DNA of 64,000 nucleotides from a virus, in the IMG/VR virus record IMGVR_UViG_3300045988_098422; one strand, 5' to 3'. The number at the start of each line of letters is the position of its first letter. The first letter of the stretch is position 1. The notes below the pieces were generated by a model, which saw nothing but the letters and a program-made list of their open reading frames with translations, had not been told where the DNA came from and did no database searches. Shown one piece after another: positions 18,522 through 27,978 of this stretch. The position numbers and the translations under genes are program-made.

Positions 18522-19976
18522 ATGGCTGACTTGGATAAGTATAAACAAGCGATTGTGGATGTTTATGACACCACTAATAAAAATATTTTTGTGAATGCAA
18601 CCGCAGGCAGTGGGAAAACATTTACTTTGTGCACACTTGCTGACCGCACACCACCTATAAAATCGTCCATATTCCTAGCCTTTAACAAGTCAATAGCTCA
18701 AGAATTGGGGGCACGTTTGCCTCGCACAGTTAAAGCGTCAACACTACATTCGTGTTCGTTGTCGGCTTTATTGAAAGCATTTAAAATGGATTTCGCTATA
18801 AGTGAAAACAAATACTTTGGAATGGCTAGGGAGTGTTTGGATTTTAAAGGAATAGCCGCTAAAAGAATTAACGGGTTATGCGGCAGAGCTTGCACTCTGT
18901 ATGACCTTATGCGGTTCAACCTGATTACAGACGATTTTGACAAGGTTACAGAGTTGGGGGAAAGGTACGGTGTTGACGCAGACGAAGAAAGCGTACAGAG
19001 AGCCCTAGAGCTTTATAGGGTCGCAAAACACAAAGCCGATAGATACTTTGAGGGTTCAGTAGGTGGAAAATTACGTATGGATTTTACTGATATGCTATAT
19101 TATGCCGCCAATTACATAGACATGAAAGACTTTAAACAATACAATGTCGTAATGCTGGATGAGTGCCAAGATATCAGCCCGTTACAGTTTGAGGTCGTGA
19201 AGCGGTGCAAGACACCACGAGGCAGACTGATAGCCGTAGGTGATGAAAAACAAAGTATTTACAGTTTCATGGGAAGTAATTTGGACAGTTTGCACGCTAT
19301 AAAGAATTCCCCGAATACGATTGAATTACCTTTGTCTATGACATACCGTTGTGCGGTGAATATTGTAGACGAAGCCCGTAAAGTGTTTCCGGACGGTATT
19401 GAGGCAGCTCCGGGAGCTGTATTGGGGAGTGTTGATTGTGGTAGTTTTAGAGATGCCAAAGATGGCGACTTTATATTGTGCCGAAACAATGCACCCCTGA
19501 TGGAAACGTTTATAGAATTATTGAAACTAGGCAAACGGTGCGCCATTATGGGTAAAGATTACGGTGATGAGTTGGTGTACCTAATAGATAGCATTAAAGA
19601 TATTTGGGGGCTGGAAGCTAAGTTAGAAAAGCTAAGTGAAAGCCTTGCGAAGAAAGGTGTTAAAATGCCGACCAAAGTGCCTGCATACGCCCAATTGGAA
19701 GAAAAAGTACACGTCTTGCTCACCCTGTATGAATATTTTGGCGACTTAGAGGTGGTGCGTAATCGCATTTATGATATATTCACAGATACGCAGAGCAAGG
19801 GGGTGACGTTGAGTACGATACATAAATCTAAAGGTTTAGAGGCTGATAACGTATATTTCTTGCAACCGGATTTATTACCGAGCAAGTATGCGGTTACGGA
19901 GTTAGCCTTGTATGCGGAAAAATGTTTAAAATTTGTGGCAATAACGAGGAGTAGAAAGAATTTAATATATTGTTAA
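18522..19976 (+). CDS. UvrD/PcrA-like SF1 DNA helicase
   Basis: Walker A ATAGSGKTFTL, MLDECQD, LSTIHKSKGLEADNVY, VAITRSRKNL. Confidence 0.8.
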   Translation: MADLDKYKQAIVDVYDTTNKNIFVNATAGSGKTFTLCTLADRTPPIKSSIFLAFNKSIAQELGARLPRTVKASTLHSCSLSALLKAFKMDFAISENKYFGMARECLDFKGIAAKRINGLCGRACTLYDLMRFNLITDDFDKVTELGERYGVDADEESVQRALELYRVAKHKADRYFEGSVGGKLRMDFTDMLYYAANYIDMKDFKQYNVVMLDECQDISPLQFEVVKRCKTPRGRLIAVGDEKQSIYSFMGSNLDSLHAIKNSPNTIELPLSMTYRCAVNIVDEARKVFPDGIEAAPGAVLGSVDCGSFRDAKDGDFILCRNNAPLMETFIELLKLGKRCAIMGKDYGDELVYLIDSIKDIWGLEAKLEKLSESLAKKGVKMPTKVPAYAQLEEKVHVLLTLYEYFGDLEVVRNRIYDIFTDTQSKGVTLSTIHKSKGLEADNVYFLQPDLLPSKYAVTELALYAEKCLKFVAITRSRKNLIYC

Positions 19977-19994
19977 ACGAATTAAATTAATTTC

Positions 19995-20456
19995 ATGGAA
20001 GAACAAGAAAAACAAGCGGTAAAACAAACTCCCGCTGATTTATATTTGATGGTTCCTAAAAATTCAAAGACAGGGGTGCGGATTTCATTCCTTAGTGTAA
20101 AGAAAATTAAATCCTTTTTTGGGATTGCGCCCACAAGGGAAATTCTTGAAGCTCACTTTCAGGCGGAGCATGTGCGAATGGAAATAGCCGATGCCGAAGC
20201 TAAAAAGGCGGGAAAGAATGCAAAATATTTACCTCAACCCTTGTATTTGCAAATACAAAGTAGTATATTTGCAACTATTGTTGAAGAAGCCCGTGGCAAA
20301 GACAAGGATGTGGATGGTAAAGCCTTGTGTCTAACTCTTGGTTCGCAGATACCCTGTTGTGTAATTACACCTATGCCGGAAGCACCTGTTGAGGACGAGC
20401 AACCAAAACAAGTTCGTAAAAAGAGAACCCCAAAAATTGTTATTAACAATGATTAG
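19995..20456 (+). CDS. hypothetical protein
   Basis: Tracked ORF, 153 aa, basic C-terminus. Confidence 0.5.
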   Translation: MEEQEKQAVKQTPADLYLMVPKNSKTGVRISFLSVKKIKSFFGIAPTREILEAHFQAEHVRMEIADAEAKKAGKNAKYLPQPLYLQIQSSIFATIVEEARGKDKDVDGKALCLTLGSQIPCCVITPMPEAPVEDEQPKQVRKKRTPKIVINND

Positions 20457-22785
20457 TAAAGACAGTAGAAAGGTCGTAGGTGAATACGTGTTTTTGAGCA
20501 AGTATTCACAGACACACAACGGTGTTAAAGAAACATGGGACGAGGCTGTTAACCGTGTCATGACAATGCACTGGAACCGTTACAAAGAGATAGTTAATGA
20601 GGCAGATATGCCCGAGTTTGAACGTTTGTTTGGATTTGCTGAAAAGTTGTATCATCAGCAACATATTTTAGGGGCACAAAGAGCCTTACAATATGGGGGT
20701 GAGTTGATGCTTGAAAAACACGCTCGGTTTTACAACTGTTCAAGCACTTATATTGACCGTGTGGAAGTGTTTGAGGAAATTATGTATTTGCTCTTATGTG
20801 GGGCGGGTACAGGGTACAGTGTTCAACATATCCACACCGAACAATTGCCTATCCCCAAAGGGTTTAATCCCAAACTTGAGAAAAAGATATTTGTAATACC
20901 CGATACGATTGAGGGGTGGGCAAAGGCGGCAGGCGAGTTGATTGGAGCTTACTATTATGGACGTGCCGAAGTGTTGTTTGACTATTCCCAAATCCGCCCG
21001 AAAGGTGCTTACATACGAGGTGGATTTAGAGCTCCAGGACCCGAACCATTGCGGGAAGCACTGGACAAAGTAAGAAGCCTCTTGTGCAAAGTTCAGAAGC
21101 GTAAATTGAGACCGTTTGAGCTTCATTATATTATTTGCGTTTTAGCGAATAGTGTGGTAACAGGTGGTGTTCGTCGCAGTGCGATGATAAGTATTTTTGA
21201 CGCTGACGATGTGGAAATGGCAGGTTGTAAAGTTGGGGCGTGGATTAGCACACATCCTGAACTATGCCGAAGCAATAATTCCGCAGCTATTTTGCCCAAT
21301 ACCCCAAAAGAAACATTTGACATGATTTACGAGTTTACCCGTAAATTTGGGGAACCCGGATTTGTGTTTATAGACAGTCCGTGGTTTGTCTATAATCCGT
21401 GCGGGGAAGTGGGTATGTACCCTCGCATCCAGGACGAAAACGGTGCATGGAAATCAGGATGGGGCTTTTGTAACCTATCTGAAATAAACGGGGGTAAAAT
21501 ACAAACCGAACAAGATTTCTATGATGCTTGTGTGGGTGCGTCTGTTATATGTACGTTGCAAGCGGGTTACACGAATTTTAAAGTGTTACAGCCGTGGTCG
21601 CAAAAAATTGCAGAGCGTGACGCCCTGATTGGAGTAGGTATTACGGGGCTATGTGAGAACCCTGACTTATTGTTTGACCCTATTATTCAACGCAAAGGGG
21701 CGATGTTGGTAAAGGAAACGAACCAGAAGATAGCCCGCATGATTGGGATAAATTCAGCGGCACGATGTACCGTTGTCAAGCCGTCGGGTAACAGTTCTCA
21801 ATTACTTGGTACACTGTCAGGTATTACTCCAGGACACGCCCGCCATTACATACGTCATATTCAGGCGGCAGACACCGAACAGGCGGTTCAACTATGGGAA
21901 AAGATAAACCCGAATTGTGTTGAACCGAGTGCATGGAACCCGACCCGTGAAAAAGTACTTGCTTTCCCCGTTACATTGCCAGAGGGTGCAATTCTTAAAC
22001 AAAACCTTTCTGCCATTGAATTCTTGAAATTTGTGCTGATTACCAAACAAAATTGGATAGAGTACGGTACAAACTTTGACCATCCGAGCACTAAAGAAAA
22101 TCCAACGCTACGTATGAATGTTTCTAATACTTGTACGGTAAAACCGGACGAGTGGGATGAAGTACGTGAATTTTTGTGGGAACACCGTGGTGAGTTTGGC
22201 GGAATTAGCCTGTTGTCATCATTCGGTGATTTGGATTACCCTCAAGCACCATACACCGAAGTTCTTGACGAGGTGGAATTGGCTGAACGATACGGTGCAG
22301 GTGCAATTCTGTCCAGTGGTTTAATAGTGGATGCAGCTGATGTCTTTAAGGACGTTTGGGAAGGCTGCAACGCTGCAACAGGCTTAGCTCCTAATTTACT
22401 GACTCTTACTGATGCAGACATTGCTAAATACATTACAGATAATATTAAGGACGGCAAGTTTTTAGTAGATATTGACGGGGTGTGTTTTAGCGATGTGAAT
22501 TGCGTAATTGACTATTTGAAACGTAGGGTTGTGAAACGTCTTGAATGGGTGCGCAGGTTCAACAGTTTTGCTGACAAATATATGGAGGGTGACCGTTTAA
22601 AGACCGCCTATTGTTTGAAGCACGTAAACGCCTTTCACAAATGGCAGTTGATTTGCAGGATGAAACCTGTTGATTACTCCGGGATTGTATGGGAAGAGCC
22701 ACTGAAACAAGCAGGCAGTGAGATTGCGACAGCTTGTGCGGGTGGAGCTTGTAGTTTGGAAGAATATAGACGTAGTAAAGAATAA
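20449..22785 (+). CDS. nrdJ: ribonucleotide reductase, class II (B12-dependent) type
   Basis: About 778 aa. It has VYNPCGEVGM (NPCGE active-site loop), AGTGYSVQ and a C-terminal Cys pair ATACAGGACS. Start set at ATG 20449 (MISKDSRK), which overlaps the upstream stop by 8 nt. The class assignment comes from motif memory. Confidence 0.8.
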   Translation: MISKDSRKVVGEYVFLSKYSQTHNGVKETWDEAVNRVMTMHWNRYKEIVNEADMPEFERLFGFAEKLYHQQHILGAQRALQYGGELMLEKHARFYNCSSTYIDRVEVFEEIMYLLLCGAGTGYSVQHIHTEQLPIPKGFNPKLEKKIFVIPDTIEGWAKAAGELIGAYYYGRAEVLFDYSQIRPKGAYIRGGFRAPGPEPLREALDKVRSLLCKVQKRKLRPFELHYIICVLANSVVTGGVRRSAMISIFDADDVEMAGCKVGAWISTHPELCRSNNSAAILPNTPKETFDMIYEFTRKFGEPGFVFIDSPWFVYNPCGEVGMYPRIQDENGAWKSGWGFCNLSEINGGKIQTEQDFYDACVGASVICTLQAGYTNFKVLQPWSQKIAERDALIGVGITGLCENPDLLFDPIIQRKGAMLVKETNQKIARMIGINSAARCTVVKPSGNSSQLLGTLSGITPGHARHYIRHIQAADTEQAVQLWEKINPNCVEPSAWNPTREKVLAFPVTLPEGAILKQNLSAIEFLKFVLITKQNWIEYGTNFDHPSTKENPTLRMNVSNTCTVKPDEWDEVREFLWEHRGEFGGISLLSSFGDLDYPQAPYTEVLDEVELAERYGAGAILSSGLIVDAADVFKDVWEGCNAATGLAPNLLTLTDADIAKYITDNIKDGKFLVDIDGVCFSDVNCVIDYLKRRVVKRLEWVRRFNSFADKYMEGDRLKTAYCLKHVNAFHKWQLICRMKPVDYSGIVWEEPLKQAGSEIATACAGGACSLEEYRRSKE

Positions 22786-22790
22786 TTTTG

Positions 22791-22798
22791 TATATTTG
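22791..22798 (+). promoter_or_regulatory. possible -7 box (TATATTTG) ahead of homing endonuclease gene
   Basis: TAnnTTTG match; no -33 TTG at proper spacing; overlaps terminator stem. Confidence 0.3.
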
Positions 22799-22828
22799 CA
22801 CCCTATAAACAAATAGGGTGCATTTATT
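22798..22828 (+). terminator. terminator hairpin after nrdJ
   Basis: GCACCCTAT-6 nt-ATAGGGTGC perfect 9-bp stem then ATTTATT. Confidence 0.6.
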
Positions 22829-23527
22829 ATGAAAGAAAAGACTTTAGGTGAGGTTTATTTGGTTACGTGCTTAGTAACAGGTAAACAATACGTTGGAATA
22901 ACTGCAAGAGGTTATTTAAATCGCTGGAAGAAGCATGTTGCAATGTCTAAAACAAAAGCAACAGGTCTTCACGAGGATATTGCTAAGTTTGGGGAAGATA
23001 ACTTTAAAATAGAAGTTATAGAGAGCAAATTATATGCAAATCGTGATAGAATGGCTAAATGGCTATTTAAAAGAGAGCGTTATTGGATTGCTTATTACGG
23101 TACTTATGAAAATGGATATAATTTGACCGCAGGTGGTGACGGTGTGGCAGGCGCACATAAATCAAAAGTTATTAGAGAGCTTATGGCTGAAATGATGAAG
23201 GATTTGTACGAAAACCACCCAGAAGAAAAGATTAAGCGATTGGAAAAGGCTCACGCCAAATTGCGCGACCCCGAATATCGCAAAATTAATTCTGAGAGGG
23301 TAAAAGCCCGTTTTGCTAATCCAGCGGAAAGACAAAGAACTAGCCGCCTAACGAAAGAAGCGATGGATAAATTACCAAAATACAAGAAAGATAAAATTAA
23401 GGAGAAACAGTTTAAGAAGGGATTAATACCTTGGAATAAAGGAAAATCTATGTCTGAAGAACAGAAAAACAAAATTTCTGAAAGCTGCAAAGGCAGAAAG
23501 GCATGGAACAAAGGTTTGAGGAATTGA
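22829..23527 (+). CDS. free-standing GIY-YIG homing endonuclease
   Basis: GEVYLVTCLVTGKQYVGIT, FGEDNF, YWIAYYGTYENGYNLTAGGDG; C-terminal basic NUMOD-like repeats (IPWNKGKSMSEEQKNKISE, GRKAWNKG). Confidence 0.8.
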   Translation: MKEKTLGEVYLVTCLVTGKQYVGITARGYLNRWKKHVAMSKTKATGLHEDIAKFGEDNFKIEVIESKLYANRDRMAKWLFKRERYWIAYYGTYENGYNLTAGGDGVAGAHKSKVIRELMAEMMKDLYENHPEEKIKRLEKAHAKLRDPEYRKINSERVKARFANPAERQRTSRLTKEAMDKLPKYKKDKIKEKQFKKGLIPWNKGKSMSEEQKNKISESCKGRKAWNKGLRN

Positions 23528-23568
23528 TTTGTTTTTAAACGTATTAAAATAAAAACGATTAAATAATT

Positions 23569-25179
23569 ATGAACGTACAGATTTTATTTAATGATGACGC
23601 CCGAAAGAAAATGTTTGAGGGGGTTGAAGAGTTGGCAAATGCAGTGTCGTCCACGCTCGGACCAAAAGGGCACTCGGTTATCCTGGATAAAGGCTATGGA
23701 ATACCCCACATCACCAAAGACGGTGTGACAGTTGCCCGTGCCTACGATACGGATGATACGATGAAGCGTATGGGTGCGACGCTTGTGAAGACCGTTGCTG
23801 CAAAAACATGTGATGAGGCGGGGGATGGCACTACGACAGCCACCATTTTAACCCGTGCATTAATGAAAGAGGGGATGGCAACATTAGCCCGTGTGTCTAA
23901 TCCACAGCGTTTTAAAGAGGGTATTGAAGCCGCTAAATGCGAAGCCGTGAAGTTTATGCAACAGATGAGCAAAGAAATTGGTGAAAACGATTTTGAGCGT
24001 ATCAGACAGATTGCGACAATAAGTGCCAACGGTGATGAGGAAATTGGGGCTATTATCACTGAAGCTATTGGCAAAGTAGGCAACGACGGAGTAATTACTG
24101 TTGAAGAAAGTAGCAAGAGCGAAACCACCGTAGAGGTGACGACAGGCTTCCAATGGGAAAAGGGGCTGTTGAACCCGTATTTTGTGACTGACCCCGAACG
24201 AATAGAATGTGTACTGAACAAACCATACATTTTGCTCTTTGGGCAAAACATAAACTACCCCGATGAAATATTGGGTGTATGTCGCAAGGTGTACGATAGT
24301 CACCGTTCTCTTTTGGTTGTTGCTCCTAATGCGTCTAACGACGTAGTGAATTTCTTGGTGCAGAATGTTAAACAAGCCAATGGACTGAAAGCCTGTTTCG
24401 TTAAAGCTCCGGGATATGGGCAGATGCAAAAGGATTTGATTATGGATTTGGGCGTTAAGATTGGCGCACACGTAATCGGAGAAGAGTATGGCAATCGTGT
24501 AGAAGAAATTGGCGTGGATTGGCTTGGTGAGTGTGAGCGTGTTGTGGTAAATAGCACTCGTACTATACTCACAGGGGGCGCAGGTTCGCCAGATGAGGTA
24601 AATACACAGGTAGCCGCAATTAAGCACCAATTAGACGACAGTACGAACGCTTTTGACATTGAAAAGTACCGTGAACGTATTGCACGCCTGACAGGTGGTG
24701 CGGCTGTTATTTATGTAGGCGCAGACAGTGACGTAGAAATGAAGGAACGGAAAGACCGTGTTGATGATGCTATTGCCGCAACTCGTGCAGCATTGGAAGA
24801 GGGGTACGTTCCGGGAGGCGGCACAATTCAGCTTCGTGCCTCTGAACTGCTTGTGCACCAACTTGCAGACTTGAATGAAAAACCAGCCGATTTCAGAGCT
24901 GGATGGTGTGTAGTGGCTGAGGCTTTGCGTTACCCGTTCCGTCAATTATGCGAAAATGCTAGTGCGAACGCAGTACGTATTCAAGTGGATATGGAACTTC
25001 AACCGTGGATGCACGGTTATGACCCTATAAAGGAAGAAGTTTGTGATATGTATGATGCAGGAATTATTGACCCGACAAAGGTGGCACGCTTGACGCTTGA
25101 GAACGCTACGTCGGTTGCAATTCAATTCCTCAATACTTCATGTGCAATGGCAGCTAGTAATGATGAGAAAGGGAGTTAA
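23569..25179 (+). CDS. groEL: GroEL-type chaperonin
   Basis: 536 aa; LGPKGHSVIL, ITKDGVTVA, AGDGTTTATIL, KAPGYG, GGGTIQL. Confidence 0.95.
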   Translation: MNVQILFNDDARKKMFEGVEELANAVSSTLGPKGHSVILDKGYGIPHITKDGVTVARAYDTDDTMKRMGATLVKTVAAKTCDEAGDGTTTATILTRALMKEGMATLARVSNPQRFKEGIEAAKCEAVKFMQQMSKEIGENDFERIRQIATISANGDEEIGAIITEAIGKVGNDGVITVEESSKSETTVEVTTGFQWEKGLLNPYFVTDPERIECVLNKPYILLFGQNINYPDEILGVCRKVYDSHRSLLVVAPNASNDVVNFLVQNVKQANGLKACFVKAPGYGQMQKDLIMDLGVKIGAHVIGEEYGNRVEEIGVDWLGECERVVVNSTRTILTGGAGSPDEVNTQVAAIKHQLDDSTNAFDIEKYRERIARLTGGAAVIYVGADSDVEMKERKDRVDDAIAATRAALEEGYVPGGGTIQLRASELLVHQLADLNEKPADFRAGWCVVAEALRYPFRQLCENASANAVRIQVDMELQPWMHGYDPIKEEVCDMYDAGIIDPTKVARLTLENATSVAIQFLNTSCAMAASNDEKGS

Positions 25180-25181
25180 CC

Positions 25182-25406
25182 ATGAGCCAAAAAACCATTC
25201 GGAAAGGCGACATTTGCCGCATCCGGCACAATACTAGCCTACACGGATTTCCGGAAAATACGCTAGTAATAATAAAAGAGTGCCGTCCTCGTAGGGCGGA
25301 GTTCCCACACCTATTTAAAGCCGCCACAGCGAAAGAGTGGTGGTGGGTGGATATTGCTGATATTACCTTGTTTGAACGAGGCAATTATGATGAAGACGAT
25401 TGGTAA
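25182..25406 (+). CDS. hypothetical protein tightly coupled to groEL
   Basis: Tracked ORF, 74 aa, 2-nt gap; not GroES-like by eye. Confidence 0.5.
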   Translation: MSQKTIRKGDICRIRHNTSLHGFPENTLVIIKECRPRRAEFPHLFKAATAKEWWWVDIADITLFERGNYDEDDW

Positions 25407-25412
25407 ATTAAA

Positions 25413-25433
25413 GCCCGTGCGCATTGCACGGGC
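25413..25433 (+). terminator. hairpin (weak terminator, no T-run)
   Basis: GCCCGTGC-GCATT-GCACGGGC. Confidence 0.4.
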
Positions 25434-25448
25434 ACAATATTAAAAATA

Positions 25449-25850
25449 ATGGATGCTCACATTTTACACGTTGTTTTCTTTGCCACGGTGATAGCTTTAG
25501 GGGGCTTGTTAATGTGGTGGAAAAAGAATAGAAAGAGATTTGCTTGCAGGCGAATGAGAAAGCATTTGTTGAAACACCCGTCAAACGGTATTCCATCAGA
25601 TTACCTGTTAAATGCTTTAGAAAGGGAATTTAAAGGAATAACCTTTCAGGAGTATTCCTTTGGGGTATTCATTTATAACGAAATGGGTGGAAACATTGCA
25701 TATTTATGCTGTAAAGATGGAATTTTGAGCGGTACGGCTTCAACGGATAAAATGCCTTGTTTGGCAAAATTTGTTGAAGAATTTAAAGGGAAACCAGAAT
25801 GGCAGGCAGTGTCGTCCCTAATGAAGTGCGGCTGTTATTGTACAAAATGA
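25449..25850 (+). CDS. membrane-anchored hypothetical protein
   Basis: N-terminal hydrophobic helix HVVFFATVIALGGLLMWW; 133 aa. Confidence 0.5.
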   Translation: MDAHILHVVFFATVIALGGLLMWWKKNRKRFACRRMRKHLLKHPSNGIPSDYLLNALEREFKGITFQEYSFGVFIYNEMGGNIAYLCCKDGILSGTASTDKMPCLAKFVEEFKGKPEWQAVSSLMKCGCYCTK

Positions 25851-25851
25851 T

Positions 25852-27285
25852 ATGGCAGAAGAAAAAAGACTGATACAGGAAGAAGACATTGAGCGCATTA
25901 TGCACAATGCGCCTGACTATATATTGGATGCTACTGATGAGATAAAGGATTTATGGGTAGCGTCTGAATGGGCTAAGGAAGAACGTGACTTGACCCCTAA
26001 ACGCTATTATGAGGTAGTGTTGTTTGAGGGTGAAGACAAAGAAAAACGTATTGAAATAGACTTCCAGCAAACAGTTAATCCAGGGACTATTGTAAAGGCG
26101 GCAGGCGGAAGTGTTACTGACGTGCGTAGTGTTAATGCAAAACGATTGCAGTACCTAAAATACGAACGTGAGTACCAACGTTTAGTCAAGGAGCTAAACA
26201 AGGCTATCGGCAAAAGAACTCACCGTCCTCGTAATATAGTGGATTATACGGGGAATATTTTGGAGCTATTTGGCAAGTTCTACACTATTGCGGACGTTGC
26301 TAAGATAATGGCGAAAGAATACCGTATAAAGATACCTGAAGACGAATTAAAGAAGTTCTATGTTGAACACCGTGATTTAGTTACTCGCAGGCGAGCTGAA
26401 TACGTATTGCAGAACAAAGACTTTCGGGTTGCCACTGAAACGGGGCGTCTGGAAGTGCTGAACCAGATGCTAGTAGAGGTTGAAATAAAGAACCGAGCGT
26501 GTGGTGGTAGCAATGTAGACTATTGCAACCTGATACTTCGTATTATTGAGCAGGCACGCAAAGAAGTTAAGGGGAACGAAATAAAGATGACCGTAGATGG
26601 CAAGATAGACATTAATGCGACCATACAGGCAGAAACGAATGTTATGTCGGTAATGAAGCAAATGTCTATTAATGCGCTTGTCGTTGGTCTTACAGCCGCA
26701 AAAGCAGGGTTGAATCCAGCCGTTCTTATCGCACAACTTGCTAACAGTTGGTATTCACAATTCAATGGGTTTAATGGCAACGTCATGGACGGTGTACAGG
26801 TGCAACTCCCATCCGCACTTATCAAACAGTACGATTGGGGTGCAATGGAAAAACAGAGCAAACAGTTTGTGAACGATTTTACCCCGATAGCGGAAATTAT
26901 AGAAGAGCCCGAAGAAGTTGCAAACAACGAGGCAGAAAATACCCGTAAGAAGCTGTTAGAGCAATTAAAGAACATGAGGCGGGCGAAACATACCGAAGAC
27001 GGGAAAGCGAACGTTATTACACCTGACAGCCCTGATATGGAATTGCGTGACACGGGTGTAGTGTTGGCGGCTGAACCTGTTGATGAGGAAGAACCTACGC
27101 AGGAATTTGAGATTGATTACAATGCACGCAAACAGAAGAAGGGGATGCGTATAAAAGGTAAGATAAAAGAGAGTGTAGCACGTCATAAAGCGAAAGCCGA
27201 GGCAGAAGAGGCGGACTTAACGGCTGCCGAATTAGCTGCAAGGCAGAGACGTAAAGAAAGACGGGCGGCTCGTAAAAAGAAATAA
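25852..27285 (+). CDS. hypothetical protein with basic C-terminal tail
   Basis: Tracked ORF, 477 aa, C-terminus AARQRRKERRAARKKK; no family recognised. Confidence 0.6.
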   Translation: MAEEKRLIQEEDIERIMHNAPDYILDATDEIKDLWVASEWAKEERDLTPKRYYEVVLFEGEDKEKRIEIDFQQTVNPGTIVKAAGGSVTDVRSVNAKRLQYLKYEREYQRLVKELNKAIGKRTHRPRNIVDYTGNILELFGKFYTIADVAKIMAKEYRIKIPEDELKKFYVEHRDLVTRRRAEYVLQNKDFRVATETGRLEVLNQMLVEVEIKNRACGGSNVDYCNLILRIIEQARKEVKGNEIKMTVDGKIDINATIQAETNVMSVMKQMSINALVVGLTAAKAGLNPAVLIAQLANSWYSQFNGFNGNVMDGVQVQLPSALIKQYDWGAMEKQSKQFVNDFTPIAEIIEEPEEVANNEAENTRKKLLEQLKNMRRAKHTEDGKANVITPDSPDMELRDTGVVLAAEPVDEEEPTQEFEIDYNARKQKKGMRIKGKIKESVARHKAKAEAEEADLTAAELAARQRRKERRAARKKK

Positions 27286-27290
27286 TAGAA

Positions 27291-27311
27291 AGACGGGTAT
27301 AGTGCCCGTCT
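27291..27311 (+). terminator. terminator hairpin
   Basis: AGACGGG-TATAGTG-CCCGTCT. Confidence 0.5.
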
Positions 27312-27328
27312 AATTAAATATTAAAATT

Positions 27329-27946
27329 ATGAAGAAAGATTTCCTTAATGTTTCTCCTGATACAGGGGGGGGTAGCGGAACGGTAACTGTCACCGCTGAC
27401 CCTAATTTAAACTTTGCTAGTCGTACGACAACTTTGAATTTTAATGCTGATGGAGAAGTATTAAAAGAGGTTGAAGCGTTACAGTTTGGGAATACCATTA
27501 TTCCGCAATTTTATTTAAGTCCAACCGTTTCAAGTAACAATGACTTATGGGCGTTGAAAATTACAACAACCTTAGAACTAGAAGAATTTGCGGCTGGAGC
27601 TTATAATTTCTTGGTGGATTGTACCGCTAATAAGAAGATAGCTACGGAAGGGACAGCTCCTAATGTAACTATTTGTATTTCGGTGATTAATAGTGTTATC
27701 ATACCGAGTGGTGGAAGTAACATAAATAACCGAGAATACGATATGTATTACAGTAAAGACAACGGTACTAAGACTAAGATGACAGTAAGTAAAGACCAAT
27801 ACAGTCAGTTTATTTCTTTCCGTTTTATGGAGAGGGCTACATTTGAAGAACTAACTGTTTCTAATTATCGCTTTTGGCTTCGCAATATAAACGATGCAAG
27901 TGAAATAGAACTTCCAGTTAGGTTTAGATTAGCTTATCATTATTAA
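27329..27946 (+). CDS. poly-G paralog family member A (G8, in frame, ON); BACON/Ig-like N-module (inference)
   Basis: MKKDFLNVSPDTGGGSGTVTVTADPNLNFASRTTTLNFNADGEVLKEVEALQ shared with 4 paralogs; 205 aa. Confidence 0.75.
   Translation: MKKDFLNVSPDTGGGSGTVTVTADPNLNFASRTTTLNFNADGEVLKEVEALQFGNTIIPQFYLSPTVSSNNDLWALKITTTLELEEFAAGAYNFLVDCTANKKIATEGTAPNVTICISVINSVIIPSGGSNINNREYDMYYSKDNGTKTKMTVSKDQYSQFISFRFMERATFEELTVSNYRFWLRNINDASEIELPVRFRLAYHY
27365..27372 (+). repeat. G8 homopolymer encoding Gly-Gly-Gly
   Basis: ACA GGG GGG GGT counted directly. Confidence 0.95.
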
Positions 27947-27951
27947 AATAA

Positions 27952-27971
27952 GGGGAGCCAAATGGCTCCCC
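27952..27971. terminator. bidirectional terminator between convergent genes
   Basis: GGGGAGCC-AAAT-GGCTCCCC between + gene end 27946 and - gene end 27979. Confidence 0.7.
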
Positions 27972-27978
27972 GATTTGT

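Noticed and set aside
23742-24945. Four minus-strand ORFs of 104-248 aa
   Set aside because: All lie antisense within the unambiguous groEL gene and are shadow ORFs.
25182-25406. GroES co-chaperonin downstream of groEL
   Set aside because: The 74-aa sequence shows none of the GroES pattern (no mobile-loop or Gly-rich beta-barrel motifs) by eye, so it is kept as hypothetical.
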